From a virus (Duplodnaviria; Caudoviricetes): DNA of 64,000 bases. A program made the position numbers and the translations under genes. The first letter of the stretch is position 1. Each line of letters starts with the position of its first letter. Below, piece by piece: positions 9,441 to 18,098 of the stretch. The stretch lies in IMG/VR virus record IMGVR_UViG_3300044630_004720; one strand, 5' to 3'. Under the pieces are notes generated by a model. That model was not told where the DNA came from. It saw nothing but the letters and a program-made list of their open reading frames with translations, and ran no database searches.

Positions 9441-9472
9441 CAAATGTACAATCAAAAATTTAAAAAAACAAA
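9441..9472 (-). promoter_or_regulatory. Bacteroidetes-type promoter for the large ncRNA
   Basis: TTTG-N20-TACATTTG on the minus strand. Confidence 0.7.
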
Positions 9473-9473
9473 A

Positions 9474-9713
9474 TTATTTTGAAAAATTTTTAGATTTTTT
9501 TTTCTTGTCCACTTTTACCTCATAAGAACCCCCCATATCGTGAGCAACTTTAGGTGTTTCTACTTGTTTACCCTTGGATAGTTTCCATTCGGATTTTGGA
9601 ACGAATTTCCAATATCCTGTGTCCACTTTTTGTTGAGCTTCTTTATCCTCAAGTCGTTTAATTTCACCGACTTGTGTGTTTTTTGTTTCTCTAATTGATT
9701 GAATACACTTCAT
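9474..9713 (-). CDS. Hypothetical basic protein
   Basis: 79-aa ORF with phage-like codon usage, same strand as neighbours. Confidence 0.6.
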   Translation of the reverse strand: MKCIQSIRETKNTQVGEIKRLEDKEAQQKVDTGYWKFVPKSEWKLSKGKQVETPKVAHDMGGSYEVKVDKKKKSKNFSK

Positions 9714-9763
9714 ACTTAAAACGTTATAATAAAGTATAACACATTAAACTGATAAAATCAAAT

Positions 9764-10069
9764 TTATTTTTTAATTTTTCTTTTATTTAAAAACTCGTAA
9801 AACTTATTTTCATAGTTTACGAAATGTGTCATTGCCCACCACTTACCAAAAACACTACCCGCAATGTAAACAATAATAACCACCCAATCACTTGCGAATA
9901 ATCTTTCTAACGAAAAATAAACTGAACCCAAGGCTACTAAATTAATCCATATAGAATTAATAACAAGTTGTTTTACTTTATTTTCATACGTGTATTTTAT
10001 TTCCATTGTTTTAAAAACATTAAACAACACTTGGAATAAAAACACTAAAACATATAACCACATAAACAT
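9764..10069 (-). CDS. Small multi-TM membrane protein (UPF0316/DUF5698-like)
   Basis: Three hydrophobic helices; FQVLFNVFKTMEIK... pattern. Confidence 0.5.
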   Translation of the reverse strand: MFMWLYVLVFLFQVLFNVFKTMEIKYTYENKVKQLVINSIWINLVALGSVYFSLERLFASDWVVIIVYIAGSVFGKWWAMTHFVNYENKFYEFLNKRKIKK

Positions 10070-10082
10070 ATTTTTTTACTTG

Positions 10083-10156
10083 TGGACCAGCCTGGATTCG
10101 AACCAGGGACCTACTGATTATGAGTCAGGTGCTCTAACCTACTGAGCTACAAGTCC
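10083..10156 (-). tRNA. tRNA-Ile2(CAT) (or elongator Met)
   Basis: GGACTTGTAGCTCAGTAGGTTAGAGC...CT-CAT-AA...GGTTCGAATCC; the body resembles lysidine-type Ile2 tRNAs; no encoded CCA. Confidence 0.85.
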
Positions 10157-10179
10157 ATATCGTGCGATTACACGATGTG

Positions 10180-10668
10180 TTATTTCCAAAATACTGAAAC
10201 TAAAAGAATCACTAATGCCAATGTTAATTGAACTAAAGTTTTCATCGTGAACGGTTGTCCAAAATGATATGGATATAACATTGCAGCGACGAAAATTCCT
10301 GTAACAAAAAACAGGAATCGGTTACTCCACATTTCACCATTAAATGCTTTAACTCCATAATGTGAACCAACAATCCATAAAAAAGTAATTGCAGGTGCAA
10401 TCAAATATGGCCAAGGAGTCTTAACCCAATTCGGCATTTTAAATTGCCAATACATAATATACCAATGACCAAATGAACCTAAAAAGAAAAGTCCAAATGA
10501 GTATATTAAATAAATTATTTGTTGTTTTCCCATAAATTTTTTTTGTTGTTGTAGTCTAACTCCTTTGTACTCGATATTTGAATTTGAGTTAAACTCATCT
10601 AAAGATTGTATATATGTTTTACCATCTTCAGTTGGGAATGTTTTTATTAAATGTTCTTCTCTATTCAT
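10180..10668 (-). CDS. Multi-TM membrane protein
   Basis: Four hydrophobic segments in the C-terminal 110 aa. Confidence 0.6.
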   Translation of the reverse strand: MNREEHLIKTFPTEDGKTYIQSLDEFNSNSNIEYKGVRLQQQKKFMGKQQIIYLIYSFGLFFLGSFGHWYIMYWQFKMPNWVKTPWPYLIAPAITFLWIVGSHYGVKAFNGEMWSNRFLFFVTGIFVAAMLYPYHFGQPFTMKTLVQLTLALVILLVSVFWK

Positions 10669-10678
10669 AACATTTCCG

Positions 10679-10752
10679 TGATTCCGATTGGATTCGAACC
10701 AATGACCTACTCTTTAGAAGAGAGTTGCTCTATCCAACTGAGCTACGAAACC
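10679..10752 (-). tRNA. tRNA-Arg(TCT)
   Basis: Cloverleaf with anticodon arm ACTCT-CT-TCT-AA-AGAGT. Confidence 0.93.
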
Positions 10753-10790
10753 AAATAACACTACCGTCTTTGAAAGTTTTTATTTAATTG

Positions 10791-11039
10791 TTATGCCTTA
10801 CGGCTAGTTATTAATTTACTTTCAAGTTTATCTAAACGTGAATCTAATGCCCTATAAACATCATTAATTGCATTTTCACGTTCTCTGTTTTGAATTTCAA
10901 TTTCTCTTCCGAGACATTGTTGCACTTCTTCAATTTCTTTGTTATGTTTTTTCACCTTAACAAAGGCCATTACAGCAACTACCGCAACTGCGATAACCAC
11001 CACAACGGACATTCCTAAAATAAATGATAATATATCCAT
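10791..11039 (-). CDS. N-terminal TM + coiled-coil protein
   Basis: Probable start MDILSF at 11039, preceded by AAAGGAG 9 nt upstream; TM helix then heptads. Confidence 0.65.
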   Translation of the reverse strand: MDILSFILGMSVVVVIAVAVVAVMAFVKVKKHNKEIEEVQQCLGREIEIQNRERENAINDVYRALDSRLDKLESKLITSRKA

Positions 11040-11079
11040 ATTATGTTTCTCCTTTATTTTCAAAGAACGATAGTGTTTG

Positions 11080-11165
11080 TACCTGGGGCGGGAATCGAAC
11101 CCGCACGGACCTTACGGTCCAACAGATTTTAAGTCTGTCTTGTCTACCTATTCCAACACCCAGGC
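11080..11165 (-). tRNA. tRNA-Leu(TAA)
   Basis: Anticodon arm ACAGA-CT-TAA-AA-TCTGT; long variable arm. Confidence 0.93.
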
Positions 11166-11255
11166 AGTTTATTTAAAACGTCAAAGAACCCTAATTAAAG
11201 TATAAGGAAAATTTTTAATAAAAAAAAACCCGAACAAAAAATTTTCGGGAGTCAG

Positions 11256-11327
11256 TACTCGGTACGGGATTCGAACCCGTGCTACGTCCGTGAAAGGGAC
11301 GCGACCTAACCACTAGTCGAACCGAGC
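11256..11327 (-). tRNA. tRNA-Glu(TTC)
   Basis: Anticodon arm CGTCC-CT-TTC-AC-GGACG. Confidence 0.93.
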
Positions 11328-11422
11328 AAATAAGAACTAACATTGCTATCAGGGTTTAAATGGTTCACAGATAAATCCGAATCACCACCTACCGATTTTA
11401 CGGTATCTTAGTTAATTCTTTG

Positions 11423-11509
11423 CGGAGGCTCAGGGATTCGAACCCCAGATACCGTTTCCAGTATGACGGTTTTCAAGACCGTTCCATTCAACCACTCTGG
11501 CAAGCCTCC
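11423..11509 (-). tRNA. tRNA-Ser(TGA)
   Basis: Anticodon arm ACGGT-CT-TGA-AA-ACCGT; long variable arm; G73. Confidence 0.93.
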
Positions 11510-11678
11510 AATCGTTGTTTCAACTTGCAAGTTTACTCTTAACATCTCTTTCTCTACAACGACTGAACTTAATCACATTTGTAGTCCGAATGTGGCGTTG
11601 GGTAATTACTCCGTGCCTCTATGTAACTCTATGTACCTTGCTTTGTTACTAAGCGTGTTAAGTGTATGAAACAACTTG

Positions 11679-11750
11679 CGGTCCCACCGGGAATCGAACC
11701 CGGCACTTTGCCGTGACAGGGCAATATTATAGCCGATTAACTATAGGACC
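11679..11750 (-). tRNA. tRNA-Asp(GTC)
   Basis: Anticodon arm TTGCC-CT-GTC-AC-GGCAA; G73. Confidence 0.93.
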
Positions 11751-11833
11751 GTTTTGATTCTAACTCATCTTAAGTTGCACCACCCAAGTCATAGCTCTGG
11801 TTGACAAAGTCCTCGTTGAGTTAGTCTCAATTG

Positions 11834-11905
11834 TTGCGAGAGGGGGAATCGAACCCCCGACCTCAAGGTTATGAGCCTTGCGAGCTACCGCTGCTCTATC
11901 TCACG
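11834..11905 (-). tRNA. Initiator tRNA-fMet(CAT)
   Basis: C1:A72 mismatch, D-arm AGAGCAGCGGTAGCTC, anticodon arm CAAGG-CT-CAT-AA-CCTTG. Confidence 0.88.
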
Positions 11906-11917
11906 ATGTTCATTTTA

Positions 11918-11948
11918 CAAAGATAATAAATATATACGAATATACAAA
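11918..11948 (-). promoter_or_regulatory. Bacteroidetes-type promoter for the tRNA cluster
   Basis: TTTG-N19-TATCTTTG on the minus strand. Confidence 0.65.
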
Positions 11949-12087
11949 ATTATTTTTGTTCATTTTTTTTATCTGTTCACGGTCCGTAAACATTAGATAA
12001 TTGTGAACATTGAAAAATTGGCAGTTTTTGCCAAGTTAAATTATAAAAAATAATATACCAATAGTGACTTCTGTCATATTTATTGGT

Positions 12088-12621
12088 ATGACAAATAGAC
12101 TAAACGTATCGTTCTTACCGATACTGTATGTCCTTTTTATAGGCTTACTGGTAAGGATTTTCCAACCAATTGAGGACCCAAAATCCGTCTACGTAGATAA
12201 AGTAGAGAACAAAGTTGTTATTGGTAAACTTGCTAATAATAGAAATTTAGCATTTGGTGCCAAAAACATATTCCAAGAAATTTTACAGGATAAAGATTAT
12301 GTTATAGTCGAAGATATAACTAAAGCTGATTTGGTTTTTAGTGCTGAAATCTTATTTTTTGACGTTAATAAAACCAAGACTAATATCTCAGTATTTCATT
12401 CAGATAAAGAAGAGACTTTAGTGGTAATGAGAGGTAAGTTAACAACTAAAGAAGGTAAGAAAATCAAAGAGGCAGTTGCTGAAGAATCAAGTTCAGAAAT
12501 TTCAACATCAACATTAATAACCGATGAAGGTAGTGATAAAATAAATCAACAAGCTCTTTCATCTGCGATTAAAAAGACGTGTGAATCTTTAATAAATAAA
12601 GTGTTTTCAATTAAAAAGTAA
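12088..12621 (+). CDS. CsgG/HfaB-like fold protein with N-terminal hydrophobic anchor
   Basis: YVDKVENK...LAFGAKNIFQEIL...ADLVFSAEI...ALSSAIKKTCESLI follows the beta-alpha-beta-hairpin-alpha layout of CsgG/TolB_N-like proteins; probable start 12088 after TATTTATT (12077-12084). Confidence 0.45.
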   Translation: MTNRLNVSFLPILYVLFIGLLVRIFQPIEDPKSVYVDKVENKVVIGKLANNRNLAFGAKNIFQEILQDKDYVIVEDITKADLVFSAEILFFDVNKTKTNISVFHSDKEETLVVMRGKLTTKEGKKIKEAVAEESSSEISTSTLITDEGSDKINQQALSSAIKKTCESLINKVFSIKK

Positions 12622-12623
12622 AA

Positions 12624-14273
12624 ATGAAAAAACTATTAATTATCGGTGTGTTTTTATTATCCACCATTTCAACATTTGCTCAACTAACAGTCAATCAAAC
12701 TATAACCCCAACAACGGGATTAAAGGTTGGTGACACATTAACGGTTAAGTACACCGTAACTAGAGGGACAACGACACCAAGATATTTTTGGTTAAGATAT
12801 TCTTTTAACAATAAAGCGTTATCTATGGTACCGAACAGTACTGTGTTCTCACAAGGTAGTTCAACTCAAACGTTTTTCACCGGTTGGGATAACTATAAGT
12901 TTACACCGGCACCGAATGTTGCTGATACACAATTATATACACAATACACCACAACTCCTTGGGGATATGCTGCAAATAACGATTGGAATGTTGGTCAAAT
13001 CACAGTTCAGAGAACTGATGCTGCAATCAACGGGGATATTGCAACTCAAAAATTTGTATTGAAGGACCAAAACACATATAATGATATTCATAAATTAGAT
13101 TTATCATATGCAATTAATGACGCATCTGCTAATATATCGCCAATTACAAGAAGCTCAACAAATATTTCATTAAGTGGTGTTGTTGGTAATACTTCACAAT
13201 TTAAAGTGAAAGTTTTATTCCCACAAGGATATACAATTACTGACCATAATGTTCAATTAATGAAATTAAAAACAGATGGTAGTGGTACTATTGATTGGTC
13301 ACAACAACCAATTGCTCAATTACCTTTAGATGCAACGGGTGAGGCATTATTTACAACACAAGTTAAAGTTGGTGATAGTTTAGGTGTGTTTGTTAGTCCT
13401 GCATCACAAAAGGCTTGGATGAATAACGTTATTACAGTTTCAGACGCATACAAAGCGTTTTTAGGACATTCACAAACAGATATATCAGGAACTGCGAACT
13501 TCTTTACTTATCCAAATTTAGAGAAGAAGATTGGTAACATCACTAAAAATGATAGTGTATTTAATGAATCAGATTCATATTACTCATTTGCTTATGTTAT
13601 GGGTCAAGACGTTTCAACAAATGCGTTCATTCCAACACAAGCGGCAACTTCTTGGAGATGGCATAGTGGTTTATTAAATCAAGATTGGTTAAATGGTAAT
13701 ATTAAAAATAAAGTTACAATTGATACTCCTGTTAAAGAAGTGTATGCAGTGTACGCGTGGGGTGGTGACTTAAACTGGTCACATTCATCAGACCCAGCAG
13801 TAATTGCTAGTAGAATAAGTGCCGGACAATACACAAACTCAGTAAATTCAATTAATACTAAGACATCGATGTCAACACAATCAATGTCATATAAAGCTGA
13901 AGCGGTAGAAACTGCTAAGTTGAGTGTAACATCAACATTGGAAAACGGTAAAGTTGTATTAACAACAAATTTAACAAAAGAAGGATTGGCAGGATTGGAA
14001 GTTATTATGAACTATGACGAATCAAAATTAACATTGGATAATGTGATATTTGACGCGGGTTCAACAATAACAAACTTTTCAACACATAAAGACGGTAGAT
14101 TAACTTTCGGTTCTATTGACCAATTGAAAACTGCAAGAATTAAGACAGGAACTCCGTATAAGTTGATATTCACACCAAAAACAACTTTAACAAATACCGC
14201 CGGTTTATTCTACTTTGTTTTATCTGATGCTGTTGATGCGAAAGGAAATAAAGTTGATTTAATCGTCGAGTAA
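12624..14273 (+). CDS. Secreted protein with cohesin-like, dockerin-like and cohesin-like domains
   Basis: Sec signal STFA|Q; GDTLTVKYTV...LRYSFNNKAL; ITVSDAY...GNITKNDSVFNESDSY; GLEVIMNYDESKLTL...SDAVDAKG. Confidence 0.6.
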   Translation: MKKLLIIGVFLLSTISTFAQLTVNQTITPTTGLKVGDTLTVKYTVTRGTTTPRYFWLRYSFNNKALSMVPNSTVFSQGSSTQTFFTGWDNYKFTPAPNVADTQLYTQYTTTPWGYAANNDWNVGQITVQRTDAAINGDIATQKFVLKDQNTYNDIHKLDLSYAINDASANISPITRSSTNISLSGVVGNTSQFKVKVLFPQGYTITDHNVQLMKLKTDGSGTIDWSQQPIAQLPLDATGEALFTTQVKVGDSLGVFVSPASQKAWMNNVITVSDAYKAFLGHSQTDISGTANFFTYPNLEKKIGNITKNDSVFNESDSYYSFAYVMGQDVSTNAFIPTQAATSWRWHSGLLNQDWLNGNIKNKVTIDTPVKEVYAVYAWGGDLNWSHSSDPAVIASRISAGQYTNSVNSINTKTSMSTQSMSYKAEAVETAKLSVTSTLENGKVVLTTNLTKEGLAGLEVIMNYDESKLTLDNVIFDAGSTITNFSTHKDGRLTFGSIDQLKTARIKTGTPYKLIFTPKTTLTNTAGLFYFVLSDAVDAKGNKVDLIVE

Positions 14274-14274
14274 T

Positions 14275-16566
14275 ATGAAGAAACTATTAGTAATATGTTT
14301 TTTACTAATTTCATTTTTAGGGTTCGGACAGAGTGTATCTGCTCCGGACTCTAAATCATTTTTACCATCTACTAATGGACAAGATGCTAGTGGATTTGTC
14401 TTAAACGGATTTAGTTCCACTGCAACATTATTAGCATCAATCAGTTTAGTTAATCCACCATCAGGAACGACATTTGTATTAAACACAACAACAGGTTTAA
14501 CCGCTGCAAGTGGATTCACTTTAGCGGGTAATAAGACTCGTTTAGTGGTAACAGGTACAATGGCTAATATCAATACCGCATTATCATCTCTTAAAGTAAA
14601 CACAGGTTCAGTAAGAGGTAATGTTGTATTATCAGTGGCAGCAACCGTAAATCCAACCGGATATTTCTATAACGGAACAAATGGACACTTTTATAGACCT
14701 ATAACAACCGGAACAACTTATACAAATGCTAGAACACTTGCATCACAACAAACATTCAAAGGACAGCAAGGATATTTGGTAACAATAACTTCAGCAGATG
14801 AAGATGCTTTCATTTTTAATAATGTTCCACAAAATCAAATATGGTTTGCATTAACCGATGAAGTGGTGGAAGGACAATGGAGAATTGACGCTGGGCCTGA
14901 ATCTGGTACTTTAATCAAAACATCAAATGGACAAACTGCAGGAAATATACAAGGACAATATAATAACTGGGCGGGTGGTGAACCAAATAATAGTGGTAAC
15001 GAAGATTATGCGGTAACAAAATGGAATGGTTCTCAATGGAATGATTTACCAAATGGGTTTAATAATCCGTATGTGATTGAATTTGGAACTTGGACTAATC
15101 CTGATGATGCAACATTTACAGAGTTTTATACTAATTCAGTAACACATTCAAACGGAGAAGTCTTAACCGCAAGATTTAATTTTGATTTTGGTGGTAATGT
15201 TGATGAAACAAAATTTACCGCAAAATCAAATACGTTTGTAAACAATGTGTGGGGAACAACAACTAACACATCAAGAACAATAAGTGGATTAGGTAAAGTT
15301 GATTTAACAAATGATTTGGATACCACAAAAATAAATGGTGGTGGTGTTAGAGCAACAACATCAGGTGGACAAGTAGAATGGTGTGTAGTATATGATTACG
15401 AACCACAAAATCAAAGATACCAAATTTTAATTGATAAAAGAGAATTCCCACAAGGTACTTCAGCAAGTAGTGTTACTACTTTACAATTATTTGATTTATG
15501 GAATGGACCTGTAACTTATCAATGGGATGATGGAACTTGGGCAGCATATTGGATTTATACACCAACAGAATTTAATTTCTCTGGTTCATCATTTACATCT
15601 AATATAAGACGAGCGGGATTTTTTTGGGGGTTAAGTGCGGAATTTACATTCACACCAAATATGGTATTTAAACAACACGGGATTGATTTATCATATACCA
15701 ACCAAACCGAATTAAACACTTTATATAATAGTGTTGTAACCGTATCAGACGTTTTTATTGCCTTTAAAGAATTGTCAAATGGTGGAATATTTGGGAATGA
15801 AAGTGGAAACGAATTCACATCAGGTATTCAATTTATGAATGCAGATGTTGATGGTAATGGTATTTTTAATGAATCGGACACTTACAAATTATTACAACAT
15901 TTAACAGGGGTTGTACCACTAACACAATATTCTACTTTAACTTATTTGATGAAATTATATAGTAAAACCGAATATGATGCAATAACCAAATCAAATTGGA
16001 GCTCACAATTTAATTCAACAAGAAGTTTATATCCATTTAATTTGAATAGTGGTACGTTGAATAATACCTACAATGTTAATGTAACTTGGGTGGGTGATGT
16101 GAACTTGTCTCATTCGGCACTACAAACCACAAGTGGTGTTGTAAGTAATTCAATTAGAACTATGAGTTCATCAACTATGAGTTCATCAGTTCCTAATCAA
16201 ATCAATGCAACTCTTATGGGTGAAAACATCGGTGGTAAAGTTGTAATAACAATTTCGGTAGACCCTCTACAACAAGAATTAGTAGGAACTCAATTCCAAG
16301 TAAATTATGATAATACCTCATTAGAATTTCAAAAGGTAGATTTTACAACAAAGGGTAATCCTACAAATTTTGGAACAGACAGAGGTACGTATGTCACATT
16401 AGGTTCGTTAATTACAGATGGTTCAAATACATTGGATAAAATGACGGAGTATAAGATAACATTTATACCAAAAGTCGGCATTCAAGGAATATTGGGGTTA
16501 ACATCAATATCCGCCACGGATGCGGTTAATAAGAATGGAACATCTTTAAAAATAAAAATAAATTAA
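14275..16566 (+). CDS. Secreted adhesin-like protein: Ig-like + C-type lectin + dockerin-like + cohesin-like
   Basis: Signal FLGFG|Q; VVTGTMANINTALSSL; GYLVTITSADED..WFALTD..EGQW..YNNWAGGEPNN..WNDLP..YVIEF; NADVDGNGIFNESDTY; GTQFQVNYDNTSLEF. Confidence 0.7.
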   Translation: MKKLLVICFLLISFLGFGQSVSAPDSKSFLPSTNGQDASGFVLNGFSSTATLLASISLVNPPSGTTFVLNTTTGLTAASGFTLAGNKTRLVVTGTMANINTALSSLKVNTGSVRGNVVLSVAATVNPTGYFYNGTNGHFYRPITTGTTYTNARTLASQQTFKGQQGYLVTITSADEDAFIFNNVPQNQIWFALTDEVVEGQWRIDAGPESGTLIKTSNGQTAGNIQGQYNNWAGGEPNNSGNEDYAVTKWNGSQWNDLPNGFNNPYVIEFGTWTNPDDATFTEFYTNSVTHSNGEVLTARFNFDFGGNVDETKFTAKSNTFVNNVWGTTTNTSRTISGLGKVDLTNDLDTTKINGGGVRATTSGGQVEWCVVYDYEPQNQRYQILIDKREFPQGTSASSVTTLQLFDLWNGPVTYQWDDGTWAAYWIYTPTEFNFSGSSFTSNIRRAGFFWGLSAEFTFTPNMVFKQHGIDLSYTNQTELNTLYNSVVTVSDVFIAFKELSNGGIFGNESGNEFTSGIQFMNADVDGNGIFNESDTYKLLQHLTGVVPLTQYSTLTYLMKLYSKTEYDAITKSNWSSQFNSTRSLYPFNLNSGTLNNTYNVNVTWVGDVNLSHSALQTTSGVVSNSIRTMSSSTMSSSVPNQINATLMGENIGGKVVITISVDPLQQELVGTQFQVNYDNTSLEFQKVDFTTKGNPTNFGTDRGTYVTLGSLITDGSNTLDKMTEYKITFIPKVGIQGILGLTSISATDAVNKNGTSLKIKIN

Positions 16567-16571
16567 AAATT

Positions 16572-16868
16572 ATGAATATATCATTTGACTATAATGAGAT
16601 GAAGAATTTTATCTCTCACACGGGTAAATATAAAATTGTAAATGTTAAGTGTTTTATTCAAGTTCCTAGTAGTTGGTATAATCAATTTAGAAGAGAAGAA
16701 GAAGAAGTAGATATGGAAGTGGCTTACCTAATAGATGATATTGAGACTGAAAAATGGATATTTGACGAAAGATATAGAAAAAGAAAAGACGAACTTATGA
16801 GATGGAGTATCGAATCAGTTTTTTACAGAGAATTCAAAAGTAAAATATTAGATTTATTATATAAATGA
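16572..16868 (+). CDS. Hypothetical protein
   Basis: 98-aa ORF tightly packed in the operon; no signal peptide. Confidence 0.55.
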   Translation: MNISFDYNEMKNFISHTGKYKIVNVKCFIQVPSSWYNQFRREEEEVDMEVAYLIDDIETEKWIFDERYRKRKDELMRWSIESVFYREFKSKILDLLYK

Positions 16869-17752
16869 AAAAACTATTATTAATCATATCGTTAGTTTTA
16901 ATTGGGTTTGTTGCAAACGCACAAACACCCGATACATTACAACTATCTCCAAAAGAACTATTCGGAGAAAGTGATGATTGGAACGATGTGGGTATATTAC
17001 AATCCTATGTTAATTTTTCAAAAGATGTACTTTCATCATCAAATCTTTCAATAGGTGTAATTGGAAAACAAGTATCTACTACTCTTAATTTAGGGTACCA
17101 TAAATCGTCTTTAAATGGTCAATGGGGACATTCATTTGCTGCATCAATAAATCCTATATGGAACTATTATGGTGTGGGTTATGGTCTTAGTAAAAACACA
17201 GAAAAAAGAACAACTACAATACAAACATTCTATTCGACCGATTTTGATTTCCAAAAAGATGTTACATTATCATTTATTGATGTATTCAGAACTAAAAAGT
17301 TTGGAACATTTGGATATAGTTTAACAGCATCAAAATCATTTTGGGGAACTTATCAAGGTGAATGGGAAGGGAAATACACGGTAGATGAAAATGGTGATTT
17401 TAAAGATTTAATATATCCACAAATACCGGCATCATCCGAACTTACTTATAGAGGTATGGTGATGTACACTTACACATTGAAAACAAAGAGGGTAGATATT
17501 TCACCACAAGTATTTGCAATGAGTGATGTATATAAAGTATTCAAAGATGGAACTGAATCGGATTTATCATATGTAGATGATTTTAATTTGGACTTATATT
17601 ATGGTACATCTATTGATTGGAAAATAACTAAAAGATTTGTGTTGAATACCAATATCAGATATAATACAACTTGGGATAAATTAAGTGAATCAGTAGGTTA
17701 TAAAAAAAGTAACCCAATAATGTTTATGATAGGAACAAACTTTCAATTTTAA
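16865..17752 (+). CDS. Outer-membrane beta-barrel candidate
   Basis: Signal FVANA|Q; alternating amphipathic strands; C-terminal MIGTNFQF (aromatic BAM-type end). Confidence 0.7.
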   Translation: MKKLLLIISLVLIGFVANAQTPDTLQLSPKELFGESDDWNDVGILQSYVNFSKDVLSSSNLSIGVIGKQVSTTLNLGYHKSSLNGQWGHSFAASINPIWNYYGVGYGLSKNTEKRTTTIQTFYSTDFDFQKDVTLSFIDVFRTKKFGTFGYSLTASKSFWGTYQGEWEGKYTVDENGDFKDLIYPQIPASSELTYRGMVMYTYTLKTKRVDISPQVFAMSDVYKVFKDGTESDLSYVDDFNLDLYYGTSIDWKITKRFVLNTNIRYNTTWDKLSESVGYKKSNPIMFMIGTNFQF

Positions 17753-17755
17753 CAT

Positions 17756-18097
17756 ATGAAAAAAATACTATTCATATTTGTGATTTTACTATGGGGTTGT
17801 ACAAAAATGGAAATAGAACCTACCCCACCTCCTGTTGAGAAGATATTTACAGTGGGTGAGAGTACCGTTACTAATGGACAATCCATATATTTTGACCTAC
17901 CGTCCTCGGGAATATATACCCTAACATTTGTTGACGTTCAGACAGGACAAGTTATTAGTCGGGAAAAATTTACAGGTCAATCCGGCGAAAATGTGAAAAA
18001 AATATATACCAAATCCATAATGTCGAAGTATTTATATTTGATACTTGCTTCGGAAGACAAAACCCAAATAAGTAAGACAAAACTAACACTAAACTAA
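17756..18097 (+). CDS. Lipoprotein with T9SS-CTD/FlgD-like Ig domain
   Basis: Lipobox LWGC; IYFDLPSSGIYTLTFVDVQTGQVI...GENVKKIYTK. Confidence 0.55.
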   Translation: MKKILFIFVILLWGCTKMEIEPTPPPVEKIFTVGESTVTNGQSIYFDLPSSGIYTLTFVDVQTGQVISREKFTGQSGENVKKIYTKSIMSKYLYLILASEDKTQISKTKLTLN

Positions 18098-18098
18098 A

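Noticed and set aside
11328-11422. HDV-like (theta) ribozyme after tRNA 3' ends
   Set aside because: Could not build the nested P1/P1.1/P2/P3 double pseudoknot by eye; a covariance search is still needed.
11514-11675. CRISPR-like repeat ends (GTTG...TGAAAC)
   Set aside because: Only one inverted pair, no direct repeat-spacer array, and no cas genes in the window.
11754-11830. SAM-I riboswitch in spacer C (GGTGCAA, AAGATGAG)
   Set aside because: Too short, lacks the conserved AUC in P1 and the P2 kink-turn/pseudoknot, and lies upstream of a tRNA rather than a metabolic gene.
14662-15087. Diversity-generating retroelement targeting the C-type lectin
   Set aside because: No reverse transcriptase and no TR/VR repeat pair seen in the window.
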